DNA of 64,000 nucleotides from Rebecca billardiae RCC1528 (lineage: Eukaryota; Protista; Haptophyta), in NCBI GenBank assembly GCA_965240325.2, contig OZ251254.1, positions 799,843 through 863,842 of the forward strand, in the 5' to 3' direction. The notes under the pieces are model-generated. The model did not search any database, was not told the DNA's origin, and saw only the letters and a list, made by a program, of their open reading frames with translations. Positions 12,515-24,105 of this stretch are shown here, piece after piece. Within the stretch, counting starts at the first letter, position 1. Each line of letters begins with the position of its first letter. The position numbers were made by a program, and so were the translations under genes.

Positions 12515-14274
12515 GCTCGACTACGTCATCGCGGTCGAGATGCGGCACATGCAGCGCGTACGCGAGCTCGCGCGAAGCCACGGGCTGCCCGTCCCGCCCC
12601 GCGTGCTGCACGTTCCCTCGTGGGTGTGGACCTTGCTCATGGGCGCGGGCGTGTACGCGTGGGAGAAGGTGGCCGACATCTTTGCGCTCTTCGACCTGAA
12701 CGAGTACGACGTGCTCTCCTTCATCATCAACCAGGACGGCAACCACTGGGCGCAGGGGGTCGTGGACTTGCGCCGCGAGATCATCGAGTACCGCGAGCCC
12801 CTGGGCGGAGGCGACATGATCGAGTTCGTCTCGAACGTGCAGCTGCTGCTCGCCGACGCGCACGAGGCCCAGCAGCAGCGCACACCGCGCACATGCGCGC
12901 AGCGCGACCCCTCCACGTGGCGCGTGTTCGAGCGCGCGCGCGAGCTGCCGTTGACGATGGCGCGGCAGGTGCCGGGCACGGTGCACTGCGCGGTGCTCGT
13001 CTTCGCGTACGTCCTCGACACCGTGCGAGGCCACGCGCCGTGCGGCATGAGCCAGCCCTTCGACCCCAAGGAGTGGCGGCGCTTGATGCTACTCACGGCG
13101 CTCACGGGCAAGTCTTTTGCCGACGTGGCAGGGACGTGCGCGCAGCCCGACGCGATGGCGACGTGTGTCAAAGGCGCACGCGAGTCGGCGCGCTCGCATC
13201 CGTCGCCGCATATCGCGCAACGCGCCTCCGACCCCGCGCTCGCCGCGGAGACCAACGCCGCGGACGCGACAGCGAGCCCAGCCGCCCCCATCGCCGGGCT
13301 CCCAGCCGTTGCCGACGCCATGCGCGTGGACATGGAGGAGTCGTGCGACGCGCTCGATGACGCCGTCGCGTCGAACCGCGGCACGGCGCCGCCGCGGCAC
13401 TCGCTCGCAGGCGCCAGCGCACGGCTCGGCGCCATCCGCCCCGCATCCCACGCCGAGCGGCGCAGCGCCCGTGGGCGCCTTGCAGCCGGGCGCGCCGCCG
13501 CGCGCCGACGACCACGTCGCCGAGGAGCCGCTGAGCGACGACCAGGCCGACGCCACCGGCGTGACCAGCATGGCGGCGCCGCCACACTCGCGCGTGCTGC
13601 GCTCGCAGACGTCGGCGCGCGACTCGGCGCTTTCCAGACCGCACCCCACGCCGAGCGGCGCCGCCCCCTTGGCCGCCTCGCAGCCCGGCGCGCCGCCGCC
13701 CACCGACGGCCACCTGGTCGGCGACCCGATGAGCGACGACGAGGCCGACGCCACCGGCGCGACGGGCATCCCGCCGCCGACTCCGGACTTCGACCCGTCG
13801 CAGCACGTGCAGGGGATGATCCACGCGAACACGCACTCGTGCGCAGCGATGCTCACCTTCAGCCGCGGCGAGGAGAAGCACGCCGTTGGCATGTGCACCG
13901 TGTGCCTGCAGGTGCGCAACATTGGCCACGACTCCGGCGCCGATCTGAGCGCACGCCCAGGGTTCAACACGGTCATCGCCGCGCCGTGGGACTGCCAGCC
14001 GCGCGCGCAGCGCTATCCGGGCGCGCCCAAGTCGCGCGTGATGTGCAAGATCTGCATGGCGCTGAACACCAGCGCGGCGCGGCGCCGCACGCCGGACAAC
14101 AACGAGCTCAAGGCACACCCCTACTCGGGCTTCTCCAGCCCCGCCGGCGACATGTCCAGCGACCTCCACCACAACAACATGCACTTCCTGCCCGTGTCCG
14201 AGTACCTGCTGCCGTGCACCGAGTTCGAGCTGCAGCTGCTGGGCAAGTACGCGTGCGCCGCCACCTACGATTTT
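12515..14274 (+). pseudogene. Second copy of the Ulp1-like protease/Cys-cluster gene fragment
   Basis: Near-identical to ~4953-6712 including the same 11-bp frameshift. Confidence 0.75.
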
Positions 14275-14652
14275 AATATAAAGACCGGGCCCATTACACT
14301 GATTTCAAATAATATAAAGACCGGGCCCATTACACTGATTTCAAATAATAATAACCGTTAGAAATCAACATAGAGAGACAGAGAGACAGAGAGACAGAAA
14401 TCGGTAGGATGCACGCACTGACTTCCAGACGACCTGAACAAATGAATCAGGACATCACACTCCGCCACAACTTGAACTGTTTTCGTGTTTAGCTCCAAGG
14501 ACAAACCGTCACCGTCAGGCGCACACGGGCACGCCGCCGTCGCACGCCAATCAGTTGGCAGTGCGTGCGCGCAGTCGAAGGCTCGGCACGATGACGAGTA
14601 GCACAGTGGGTGCAGGAATACACGCGCAATCACACTGTCGCTGAGCTCGCAC

Positions 14653-17060
14653 CAGACTGAGTCTAGGGGGTCCATGACAGCAGCCCACTGAATTGTGATT
14701 TTCGACAACCATGCGATTTAGGTGTCTGACGAGCGTGGCGCTTGCGGAGGCACCCACAAATATGTCCTGGAACCCAGCCCAGCCGTCAGAAGCACCCAAA
14801 ACCGACTCCGCGCGTCGTCGCGCGGTCGTGCGCGCACGCCAGCTGCGCCACTGTGTCACATACAGATTCAGCCAAACGTCAACGACTTGTTATGGCGGCT
14901 AAATGACGGTATGTCGTCGGACTTACTTATTCATAACCGTTGCAACCCGCCCCAACAAAATTAAGGTGGACTTGCTAAATTTTAGTAGGCACGATGAGTG
15001 CGCGTAGAGGTCGGTGAAAAACTACTCCAAGATCGAGCATGTTACCCACTTAATTAGAGACATGTACCCGTATATATGCACTTACCCACCCGTTCATTAT
15101 ACAATGCGGGTGCTGGGTTTTAAATATATATTCAGGGTGGTGTCAATATGGGGGTACCTTGTTCACTATTCGTGCTGGGTCATCCGAATAGGCCGCGTCG
15201 CCGCGCGGAGTGACGGCGGGCTCATGCCACCGTCAAACCAGCAGGCCCGGACGAACCTGATGTGGGCGGCGGGCTGCGTGCCGAAGCACACTACCAAGCG
15301 CACCTCTGAGCATGCCACCATCCCCATAGTCGTGAAGGAGTCCTCCGCCATCGACGCTTGCGTGCGCAGACTAGCAGTCATCGCCGCCGCCGAGCTTGCC
15401 GCGGCCGTTCGGCGACTTCCGTGCCCGTGCTCTGTGTCACCGGCGTCGTCGCCGTTCGTCGTACCCCAGCCCACGCGAGGCCGTCACCGGTCCACCGGTC
15501 CTGCGGCGGACTGCGCGCGCTTCGCCGCGCGCTCGCCCTCGAGCTCCGCCGCTCTCCTCTCGCGCTCGAACTGGACGCAGTCGGCAGCCATGGCAGCCCG
15601 CTCGGCCGCAGCGCGATCTGTGCCCCCCCGCGCGCTGCGCTCGGTTGCGTCGGCGCGCAAGCTGGCGCGCGCAGCGTCAGCGACGGCGCGCGCGGTCGCC
15701 TTGCGCGACGAGTCCAGCTCCACCTGCTGCTCCGTCAGGCGCACCTGCTGCTCCAAGATGACCGCGTGCTCAGCAGGAGTCACGCGCTGCTCGTGCAGCG
15801 GCACCTGCACGCGGCCTGCTGCGGACGCGCGCGGCGCGCCGGCGTCGGGGGGCGAGTAGAGGTCGCGGAAGGGGCAGCTGTCGTCGCCGGCGCCCAGCGA
15901 CGTGTCGTTGGCATCCAGCTCCGCCTTCCTCTCCGCCGCCGACGCGCCCTGCTTCCGGCTCAGGATGCGCTCCATGTCCTTGTTCTTGCCCTTCCACCAC
16001 CTGTGCACGGTCATCAGCCAGATGCCGATCACCTCCAGCAGCGGCGAGTCGTGGCGCGCCGAGATGCCGAGCGCATCCGCGCAGACGAGCGCGAGCGCAT
16101 TGGGCTTCTTCGTCCCACCGTCGCGCGCGGTCTGGGCGCACGCCGGGGTGAACACTCTGACCAACGGCTTGTGCTTCTTCAAGTTCTCGAGCATGAGGTC
16201 CATGAGCGTACGGAGGAGGTCGAGGAGCATGAAGTTGAGCACCGATGCGTACCGCGGGCGAAAGCCGGCCACGGGCCGACCGGCCAAGGGCTGCAGCACG
16301 TGGATGGCGCGCGCCGCCACCGCCGTCTCCTCGAGCTGCTGCGCGCTGACGTTGACGTCAGGCCGTAGCTCGGGCCTGCACGGTTGCACACAGCCGAGGC
16401 CGTCCGCGGAGGAGGCGAGCCCCTCGGCGGTGCCAGCGGGGACCTCGGGCGGGCTGCACACATCCATGGGCACGCGTGCATCATCATCTGCCGCGCCCTG
16501 GACCTCGTCATGCCCGGCACAGCGGTCCGCAAGTTGGTCGGCGGTAGCTGGCCCTTGCGGCAGAGGCGTCGCGGGCACGTCCGAGGGCGAGAAGGCAGCG
16601 TCGGGTGGGGAAGGAGACAGCGTCGAGTCGTTGCCGATGCCTATCCCACCGCGTTGCGCATGTTCGTCTCCGCGTTGCTCGCCTGTACGTGCTCCTAGGA
16701 CGCGCTCCTTGGTCGCGGGCAGCACACGTTGAGCACGCAGATTCAAATCATGAAGCACGAGCGTCGACCGGCCAGCGACTCCCACCGAGAGCCCGGTCCA
16801 CACGAAGCATGGCTACCTGTCCGCAGCCGCCCAGCCGCTCGGCGAGGCGCCTGCGCCGAGGTGGGCGCGCCCAACGGCGAGCGGACGGCCGTCGACGAGG
16901 GCCATCAGCCTCGCCGACCCGTTCAGAGCTCCGCTCCCGCGCCGGGGCCAGCCGAGCGCGGATTTGGAATCTGCCGATCGCGAAAACACGCCGAACAAGT
17001 TCTGAACAGGAAAAGAAAAGAAATCAAAAATCAATTTAATCTGATGGACCCCCTACAGTG
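14653..17060. mobile_element. CACTG-ended TIR element (CACTA/CMC-like), probable 2-bp AC TSD
   Basis: Interrupts host sequence GCACCAGAGTC; right end ATGGACCCCCTACAGTG; left end shares TAGGGGGTCCAT but has small insertions. Confidence 0.7.
15484..16803 (-). CDS. Cargo ORF of the CACTG element, unknown function (helical core plus C-terminal coiled coil); start uncertain
   Basis: 439-aa ORF with protein-like core (LNFMLLDLLRTLMDLMLENLKKHK...HRWWKGKNKDMERIL) and Ala/Glu/Arg-rich tail. Confidence 0.5.
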   Translation of the reverse strand: MWTGLSVGVAGRSTLVLHDLNLRAQRVLPATKERVLGARTGEQRGDEHAQRGGIGIGNDSTLSPSPPDAAFSPSDVPATPLPQGPATADQLADRCAGHDEVQGAADDDARVPMDVCSPPEVPAGTAEGLASSADGLGCVQPCRPELRPDVNVSAQQLEETAVAARAIHVLQPLAGRPVAGFRPRYASVLNFMLLDLLRTLMDLMLENLKKHKPLVRVFTPACAQTARDGGTKKPNALALVCADALGISARHDSPLLEVIGIWLMTVHRWWKGKNKDMERILSRKQGASAAERKAELDANDTSLGAGDDSCPFRDLYSPPDAGAPRASAAGRVQVPLHEQRVTPAEHAVILEQQVRLTEQQVELDSSRKATARAVADAARASLRADATERSARGGTDRAAAERAAMAADCVQFERERRAAELEGERAAKRAQSAAGPVDR

Positions 17061-17288
17061 ACCAGAGTCATCTGTCGCGTTATTATTCGTCAGTGAGTCG
17101 GGTAGCTCACAATCATCTTGGTATGATGTCGCATTGTTATTCGTAGTCATCCTGCCCGTCAAACCGCTATAAATAAAAGGCGCGACCCCGCTGGGGAAAT
17201 ATTGCGACACTGACAGCACTGGCACGGCCCGCCGACCCCCCCGCCCGCCAGGGCTGAGTTTATATAATATCCGCTCAGTGCTCAGTGA

Positions 17289-19395
17289 ATGGCGGGCCGT
17301 AGGTCCGCCCCTTGTAGTGCCCGGGAAAAAGATAAGAAAAAGAAAAAGAAAAAAGAAAATCGCCTCGCAGAGAAAAGAAAATCGCCTCGCTCACTGCCGG
17401 GTCGCTTCGCTCACTACCGGGCGCCCTCGCAGCTCCCACTGGAGACGCTCGGCCGAAAACATCAGACGGATGGCGCGGAGCGCATGGGCCGCGCGCGCCA
17501 AATCCAACGCCGGCGCGGACATCGTGAGAGGACTCCCGAGGGGGGTTTTCGCCCGATTCGCGATTGCTGCCGCCTCGTCGTCTCGCGTGCAGGTCGAACG
17601 GGGGCCAAAGTCGACGCGTTTGGAGGCACGCTCGGCGCGTCGACACGATCGTGCGACCTGGGGCGGTCCTCGCCCGACTTGCACGTTGAGCGCTTGCACG
17701 GGCCATAGCATCAAGCGCTGCGCACGACAACCACCTCGCGCGATCCACCGTCGCGCGTCGGGCTCGGTGCGGAAACGCATTCATCACGAGGTGTCTCGCG
17801 GGCGGGAAGCGCCATCGCACGCGACGCAAGCTTTGGCGCGGCCTTCTGAACACCATAACCGGAATGCACACACCGGACTGTCGTCGCGTGCCCCTGTTGG
17901 CAAGGTCGGGCGCATGCAAATCCGTTTGCTACGGTCGGTGGTGTTCCAGAGCAAGCGCTCATCTTTCGCGCTCGCGAGCTCGCGGCCAAAGATCGCTCGG
18001 CGCTCGGGGGCCCACGTCCGGCCTGCATGGCGTCGACGGTGACCGATGCGACGGAGGGGCAGCGCAAAGCGGCGTACGACGCGCACCGCACGCACCTCCC
18101 AGGTTTGCAGCCGTGGCAGGAACCGCGTCGTGGCGAGTTGGCGGCCCTCGTCGCAGCGCGCTATCACAAATCCCAGGTGCGCATCTGCGACGAGCTGAAA
18201 CGCTGTCCACGCGCATGGCGTCGGCAACGGCTGGGAGCCCGGCGATGGGGGCGGCTGGGCTCGCTGTCGCGTCCGCGGCGTTGGTCTCCGCGGCGAGCGC
18301 GGGGTCGGAGGCGCGTTGCGCGATATGCGGCGACGGATGCGAGCGCGCCGACTCGCGTGCGCCTTCGACACACGTCGCCATCGCGTCGGGCTGCGCGCAC
18401 GTCCCTGCCACGTCGGCAAAAGACTTGCCCGTGAGCGCCGTGAGTAGCATCAAGCGCCGCCACTCCTTGGGGTCGAAGGGCTGGCTCATGCCGCACGGCG
18501 CGTGGCCTCGCACGGTGTCGAGGACGTACGCGAAGACGAGCACCGCGCAGTGCACCGTGCCCGGCACCTGCCGCGCCATCGTCAACGGCAGCTCGCGCGC
18601 GCGCTCGAACACGCGCCACGTGGAGGGGTCGCGCTGCGCGCATGTGCGCGGTGTGCGCTGCTGCTGGGCCTCGTGCGCGTCGGCGAGCAGCAGCTGCACG
18701 TTCGAGACGAACTCGATCATGTCGCCTCCGCCCAGGGGCTCGCGGTACTCGATGATCTCGCGGCGCAAGTCCACGACCCCCTGCGCCCAGTGGTTGCCGT
18801 CCTGGTTGATGATGAAGGAGAGCACGTCGTACTCGTTCAGGTCGAAGAGCGCAAAGATGTCGGCCACCTTCTCCCACGCGTACACGCCCGCGCCCATGAG
18901 CAAGGTCCACACCCACGAGGGAACGTGCAGCACGCGGGGCGGGACGGGCAGCCAGTGGCTTCGCGCGAGCTCGCGTACGCGCTGCATGTGCCGCATCTCG
19001 ACCGCGATGACGTAGTCGAGCTTGAACTGTTTTCGTGTTTAGCTCCAAGGACAAACCGTCACCGTCAGGCGCACACGGGCACGCCGCCGTCGCACGCCAA
19101 TCAGTTGGCAGTGCGTGCGCGCAGTCGAAGGCTCGGCACGATGACGACTAGCACAGTGGGTGCAGGAATACACGCGCAATCACACTGTCGCTGAGCTCGC
19201 ACCAGAGTCATCTGTTGCGTTATTATTCGTCAGTGAGTCGGGTAGCTCACAATCATCTTGGTATGATGTCGCATTGTTATTCGTAGTCATCCTGCCCGTC
19301 AAACCGCTATAAATAAAAGGCGCGAACCCGCTGGGGAAATATTGCGACAGCACTGGCACGGCCCGCCGACCCCCCCGCCCGCCAGGGCTGAGTTT
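17289..19395 (+). mobile_element. Hairpin-ended Ulp1 element, copy 9, with inverted interior (18204-19020)
   Basis: 5' terminus 17289, 3' terminus ~19395; protease segment on minus strand; same inversion junction as 12515. Confidence 0.85.
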
Positions 19396-19590
19396 TCTAA
19401 ATTCTTAAAGGCTATATCAGTATCACTCAGACCGGGGACCGGTGATGTCACTCAGATGCTGCTGTGTAATCCGTTACTCCGCCGCCGCACTCACGGTACA
19501 GTAAATCCGTACAGTTTCAGACTAAGCAGAATAAGAGATTCCGGCACACAGCTCAGGCAGGCGAGATTGTGCTCAGCATCATGACAATCA

Positions 19591-22229
19591 TGAGGCCCTT
19601 TCTCTCGAACGCCAGGCAATCCTGAAACCAAAACTGAAACCAAAAAGTGGGTTTCGGCTTGTATCTCCACATGTGCCGAAACGGAGATTTTCTGCGCCGG
19701 AAAACGAAGGGAAAAACGAGCCGGGCTTGGGAGGGCTTCAGTTTTCGCTTCGTTTCCCGAATCCAAAAAATCTCCTGCCCAAGATCGACCGTTCGACCTG
19801 CCACCTCGCCGCCCGCGGCTTGTCAGACAAACCCACAGGATTGCCAATTGTCCGGGAGGCGCAGATCAGCAACCGGACGACACACCTGCCCAGTCACCAG
19901 TGGAAGGTGTGTCGTCCGGTGCGCAGCGAATAGGCGTCGCGCGTGCGCGGACGCCGGTCTACGGCGGGATGGCGCTCACAGGCGACGCGAGGGCCCGCCT
20001 TGCGCCACGCGCCCAAGGCGGCACACGAGCTTGACGGCCGTGCGCGGGCGCCTCTTGGTGGCGAGAAGACCCGGTGGCAGCATTTCCGCCGCCTTGTCGA
20101 CGCCCTCGCCACCCTTTCTGCGCGCAGAGACTGCTGACTGGCACGAGCGGCCTTGAGAGAAGGGACTTGAAGGCCTGCCCGATGAGCACGAAGGGCACGC
20201 GTGCGCCCCTGAGGTATTCAACGGTCGGGGTTTTCGCTTCTGTGCGAGGGGCCTGAGAGTGCTGAACAGCGCGAGGGGCCTGAGAGTGCTGAACATCACC
20301 GCTGCGTCTTGAGCCATGCTGGCATCGGTCAGACCGCACGCCATGTGGCATGTGCCGTACTGACAGCCCGGACAGGCCAGTGAGTCACTTGGCATTCGCG
20401 CCGCCGTTGGCACGCGTCGCACAGTTCATTAAGTGTTGCGTCGACTCCCGATACCTTGCGGTCTGCTTCGTCGCGCATGCCTCGACCTCCCTGTGACGAA
20501 TGGCTGAATGGGCACCCGGCTCGCTTGCGGCGCCGGGAGTCGGATTCAGTGTTGACGACCGGCCTTCTTCGTGCAGCAGTGGACACCTTCCTGCTCCAGA
20601 TCAGACCACAACACGCTACCAGCGTAGGTACACACGAGCCTGCAGACGATCGCTCACAGGTCGAGCGCGCTGTCTACGGCCAGCAGGTGCCCGAGAACGC
20701 ACCATGCTGCAACATGAGCATTTGAGGTGTTTGAACAATGTACTCACCAAGCAACAAAACCGCTCAACTCCGCTGAGTATGCACGGGGATCGTCGTGCGC
20801 GGGGGCTCGCCGACGCGCCAACACCTAGGCCCATCAGGCGGACGCTGTAACTCGTCCTTAGGAGGCCTCTGGCACTTGCGTGCGCGCGTTCTCGCGCGGC
20901 GGGCGCGCATCGTGTACATGTCGCGTCGAAAATAACAGGGCCCTGCGCGCGGCGAGAGCGGCGAGGGCGGGCAGGAGCGCGCGGGCGTGAGGCCCATAGG
21001 TGTCCTCGGCCGCGCCGACCTCGCGCGCGCACCCGCAGCGGCCGTGGGTGCGCGTTCGAGCGCGCCGCGTGAGGCCGCCATCGTGCCGTGCGCGCGCCGA
21101 GCCCCATCCTGTGGGTTTGTCTGACAAGCCCGCGGCGCCGGGGCGCTCTCGCCGTGCGCTCCGGCGGTTGTCGGGTCGGACTGCGGTGGCGGCGCGGGGC
21201 TCGAGCCGTTGCAGAGTCGCTTTGCACTCCTCTCTGTGTTGCTCGCCTTCCTCCTCCTCGCCTTCTCCGCGCCTTGACGCAGCGCGCGCGCACGCGCCGC
21301 CGTGCACGCACGGCAGCGCAAGGGATTGCGCGCCGCGCGTGGCACGCGACGGGTCCGACTCGGGGCTGGAGCCACAGCGGGGCACGCAAACGCACGCTAC
21401 GTCGTCTCGAGCCTGTGGGCCTGAACATCAGCGCGCGCTATGCTGATGCACATTCCAAACTGTTCCGTGATCTGGCAGCATCACTCACCGGTGTGGCGTG
21501 CGCGAGAAGCTTGAACAACGAAACTTGAGTGCGCAGACGCGATCCATGCGGAGGCTGTCATGTTTGTGAAGGCGTCTCTAGTGGTGCCCATAAAGTAGTT
21601 GCTGGGCAGCGCCGTGTACGTGGCTGGCATCGTGTCTTGCCCACATAATCATCCCGACGCATGGCGGGGTCTGGTCAGGCCGCGCCTGCGGTGACAAAAA
21701 GACCTGTGAGCCTTTAGCGCATGGCAAGCAGACCGACACGCACGCTCGAGGCGGCGTAGCGTGCGTTTGCGATGGCTTTGCGTGCCCCCGCAGTGGCTCC
21801 AGCCCCGAGTCGGACCCGTCGCGCGCCACGCGCGCGGCGCGCAATCCCTTGCGGTGCCACGCGTGCACGGCGGCGCGTGCGCGCGCGCTGCGTCAAGGCG
21901 CGGAGAAGGCGAGGACGAGGAAGGCGCGCAACACAGAGAGGGGTGCACAGCGACTCTGCCATGCCTGGAGCCCCGCGCCGCCACCGCACTACGACCCTCG
22001 GAGGGCACGCGCAGTTGGCGGCATTCGGCCGCACCCGTGACCCAGCACTCGGGCAGCAGTATGATGATGCAAGCCTGCCGAAGTTGCTGATTGGTTGCTC
22101 GGACAATCTCGGCTTTTGTGATTTCCAGCTTGCGCAGGCGTCGAGAGAAAGGCCGCAGAGTCCCCAAAACCACTTTTGGTTTCAGGTTTTGGTTTCAGGA
22201 TTGCCTGGCGTTCGAGAGAAAGGGCCTCA
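19591..22229. mobile_element. Non-autonomous TIR element with ~60-bp outer TIRs and a ~250-bp inner inverted repeat
   Basis: TGAGGCCCTTTCTCTCGAACGCCAGGCAATCCTGAAACCAAAA at 19591 mirrored at ~22170-22229; inner IR ~21172-21415 vs ~21741-21997; no clear TSD. Confidence 0.75.
19817..21130. mobile_element. Nested TIR element, PIF/Harbinger-like (25-bp TIR, 3-bp TSD)
   Basis: GGCTTGTCAGACAAACCCACAGGAT / ATCCTGTGGGTTTGTCTGACAAGCC; CGC at 19814-19816 and 21131-21133. Confidence 0.75.
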
Positions 22230-24105
22230 GCAGCCACTAGATATGCGCAGCTGCTCAGGATGAGCTCGTCACTGCTAATTATTTAGATCGATCGACAGTT
22301 TTGCCTTATAATTTTGCAGTGGGCTACATCGGGCCGCAACTCGCCGCGGGTGGCGGTGGATCGTCGTCGCGCCAGACCTTCGCAGCGGTCTGCATGACGC
22401 ATGGGGCCCGGCCGCCGCCCGGCGCCGGCCGCGGCCCGGCGCGCGGGCAACTCCGCCGCCACTGACATGACGGTCACTGCCGCCGGCTGGTCAGCTCGAG
22501 GCTGGTGGCAACCGCCACCGTTCAACGGCTCCGGGGCCCGCGCGGCCGGCCGCGGCGCCGCGGCACTCCCGCCCCGGCCCCGGGCCCGGGGCGAGCCGGC
22601 CGCAGTGAGTGAGCAGTCTCTGTAGTATTCCAGTAGGCCGGGCGCCATTACCCCATACATGCATCAAGCCGCATCGTCTCGCTGCTGACTGCTGACTTGC
22701 TGCCGCCGGTCCGCGGTGACTATCCGCGAGCCCGCGGCGGCGCGCGCATGCCGGAGCAGGGGTAGCTGCGCCGGGCCTGACCCTGACTGAACCCGGCAGC
22801 CGCTGTGAAGCGTTCGGCATTGCTCATCCGACCAAACGAGTGGGAAGGGGCGGGCCGACGAAACCTGGCTCCAGCCCGCGGTGCCGCGGCGCGGGCCCGG
22901 TCCGCGGAATCAGCCTCCGCTGGGTTACGGTGGGTGGTCAAGACACCCGAGCTGTGAAGGCTGGCGTATTGGACAAGACACGTGTTGAGCGGGCGTGGTT
23001 TGTTTCATCGAAGAGCACTGATCTCCACCTCCACCTCCACACACACACCCGCCACCACGCTCTTCCAACACCGTTGTGTCCCAACACGGATGCGGCCGGA
23101 GCATGCATTCAAACGGTGGGTGTCTGAGTGCACTTGCGCACTGCTTCTTTGCAGGGCATGGGGGAGTTCGACAAGGTTGGGACGAAAGAGCGTGCCCCTA
23201 CCTGGCTAGGGTACACGGGGAGCCCCCGCGCCGTCTTGGGCGCAGAAGTTTCGTTCCCAGTCGCTCCCGTCCGCGACTCCGCCTTGACATCTTTTCGCTC
23301 GTTTGGTTCCGAAACCAACTTTGAATAGGGCTGAGTACGATGTTGCTCCGAACCGGTGCTATCTGCACTCATGGATGAAGTGGTCAAGTGGAAGCCGCCG
23401 ACGACTATGAGCTGAGTATCAGAGCACCGTCAAATATCATATGATGCGTGGATGATGAGTACTAGCGATTTCAGCAAACCCGTAGCTTCACTACCGCTTG
23501 CCAGCAGGAAGCTTTCCGGGAGCGAACTTGGAGGAGCTTGCATATTTCGTAATATCCGAAATGCGAGCCCCCAATGACACACATGCTATACGGTTGTGGT
23601 GGCCCTGAATCAGGGAGCCAACTTTGACTGCGCGGGGCCATAATATCTCGATCTGTGCTCGATCTGCTGGGGTAGGAGATTGCGGCAATCACGCTATTTG
23701 AAAGTATCAAGGTTTGCTTGCTGTACTCATATCATGCCATTTCGCCCACTCACAACGCGCGCGTTTGACGCCGACTCCACTCATCCCATGCCCTGCTTGG
23801 CAAGCTCGAGCTGGATTCCGGTGATCTCTGACGCTCATCAACTCCATCCCGATATTGGCGCACAAGGATGTCCGGGCGCTGAATAGTCATGATCTGGACG
23901 GATGGCCTTGAGCCCGCTACTCTTGGCCAGTGGGCTTGGGCTGGGTTGGAGCTCGTCATAAATATCTGGTTGCGATCCTCTCCCCCCGAACCCGCAAGAT
24001 TAACCGCCGGTTCAGAATTCACTCAACTCTCGCTGTCTCGCAACGCGCTGACTTGCTCACCCCGGCCGGCCGGGGTACCTGCGAGCTCGCGCACGGCGCG
24101 CGACG

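Larger units (their letters stand above)
12141..17261. mobile_element. Rearranged derivative with two outward-facing 3' ends (copy 8), containing a nested CACTG element
   Basis: Inverted 3' end 12141-12515; plus-strand body 12515-14652 nearly identical to copy 3; 3' end resumes 17061-17261. Confidence 0.8.

Noticed and set aside
14961-15160. AT-rich segment as a TTAA-targeting (Kolobok-like) insertion
   Set aside because: Only a few bases of terminal complementarity and no second TTAA.
1340-19400. Repeat-spacer-repeat junctions as a CRISPR-like array
   Set aside because: Units are kb-sized element copies with 0-27 nt irregular fillers; no cas genes; eukaryotic context.
1-22229. Autonomous transposase, Rep/helicase or reverse transcriptase
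   Set aside because: No DDE, HUH, helicase or YxDD motifs recognised, so superfamily assignment of the main element remains open.
22230-24020. Possible small gene or MITE upstream of MYB
   Set aside because: No convincing ORF, TIR pair or TSD found by eye.
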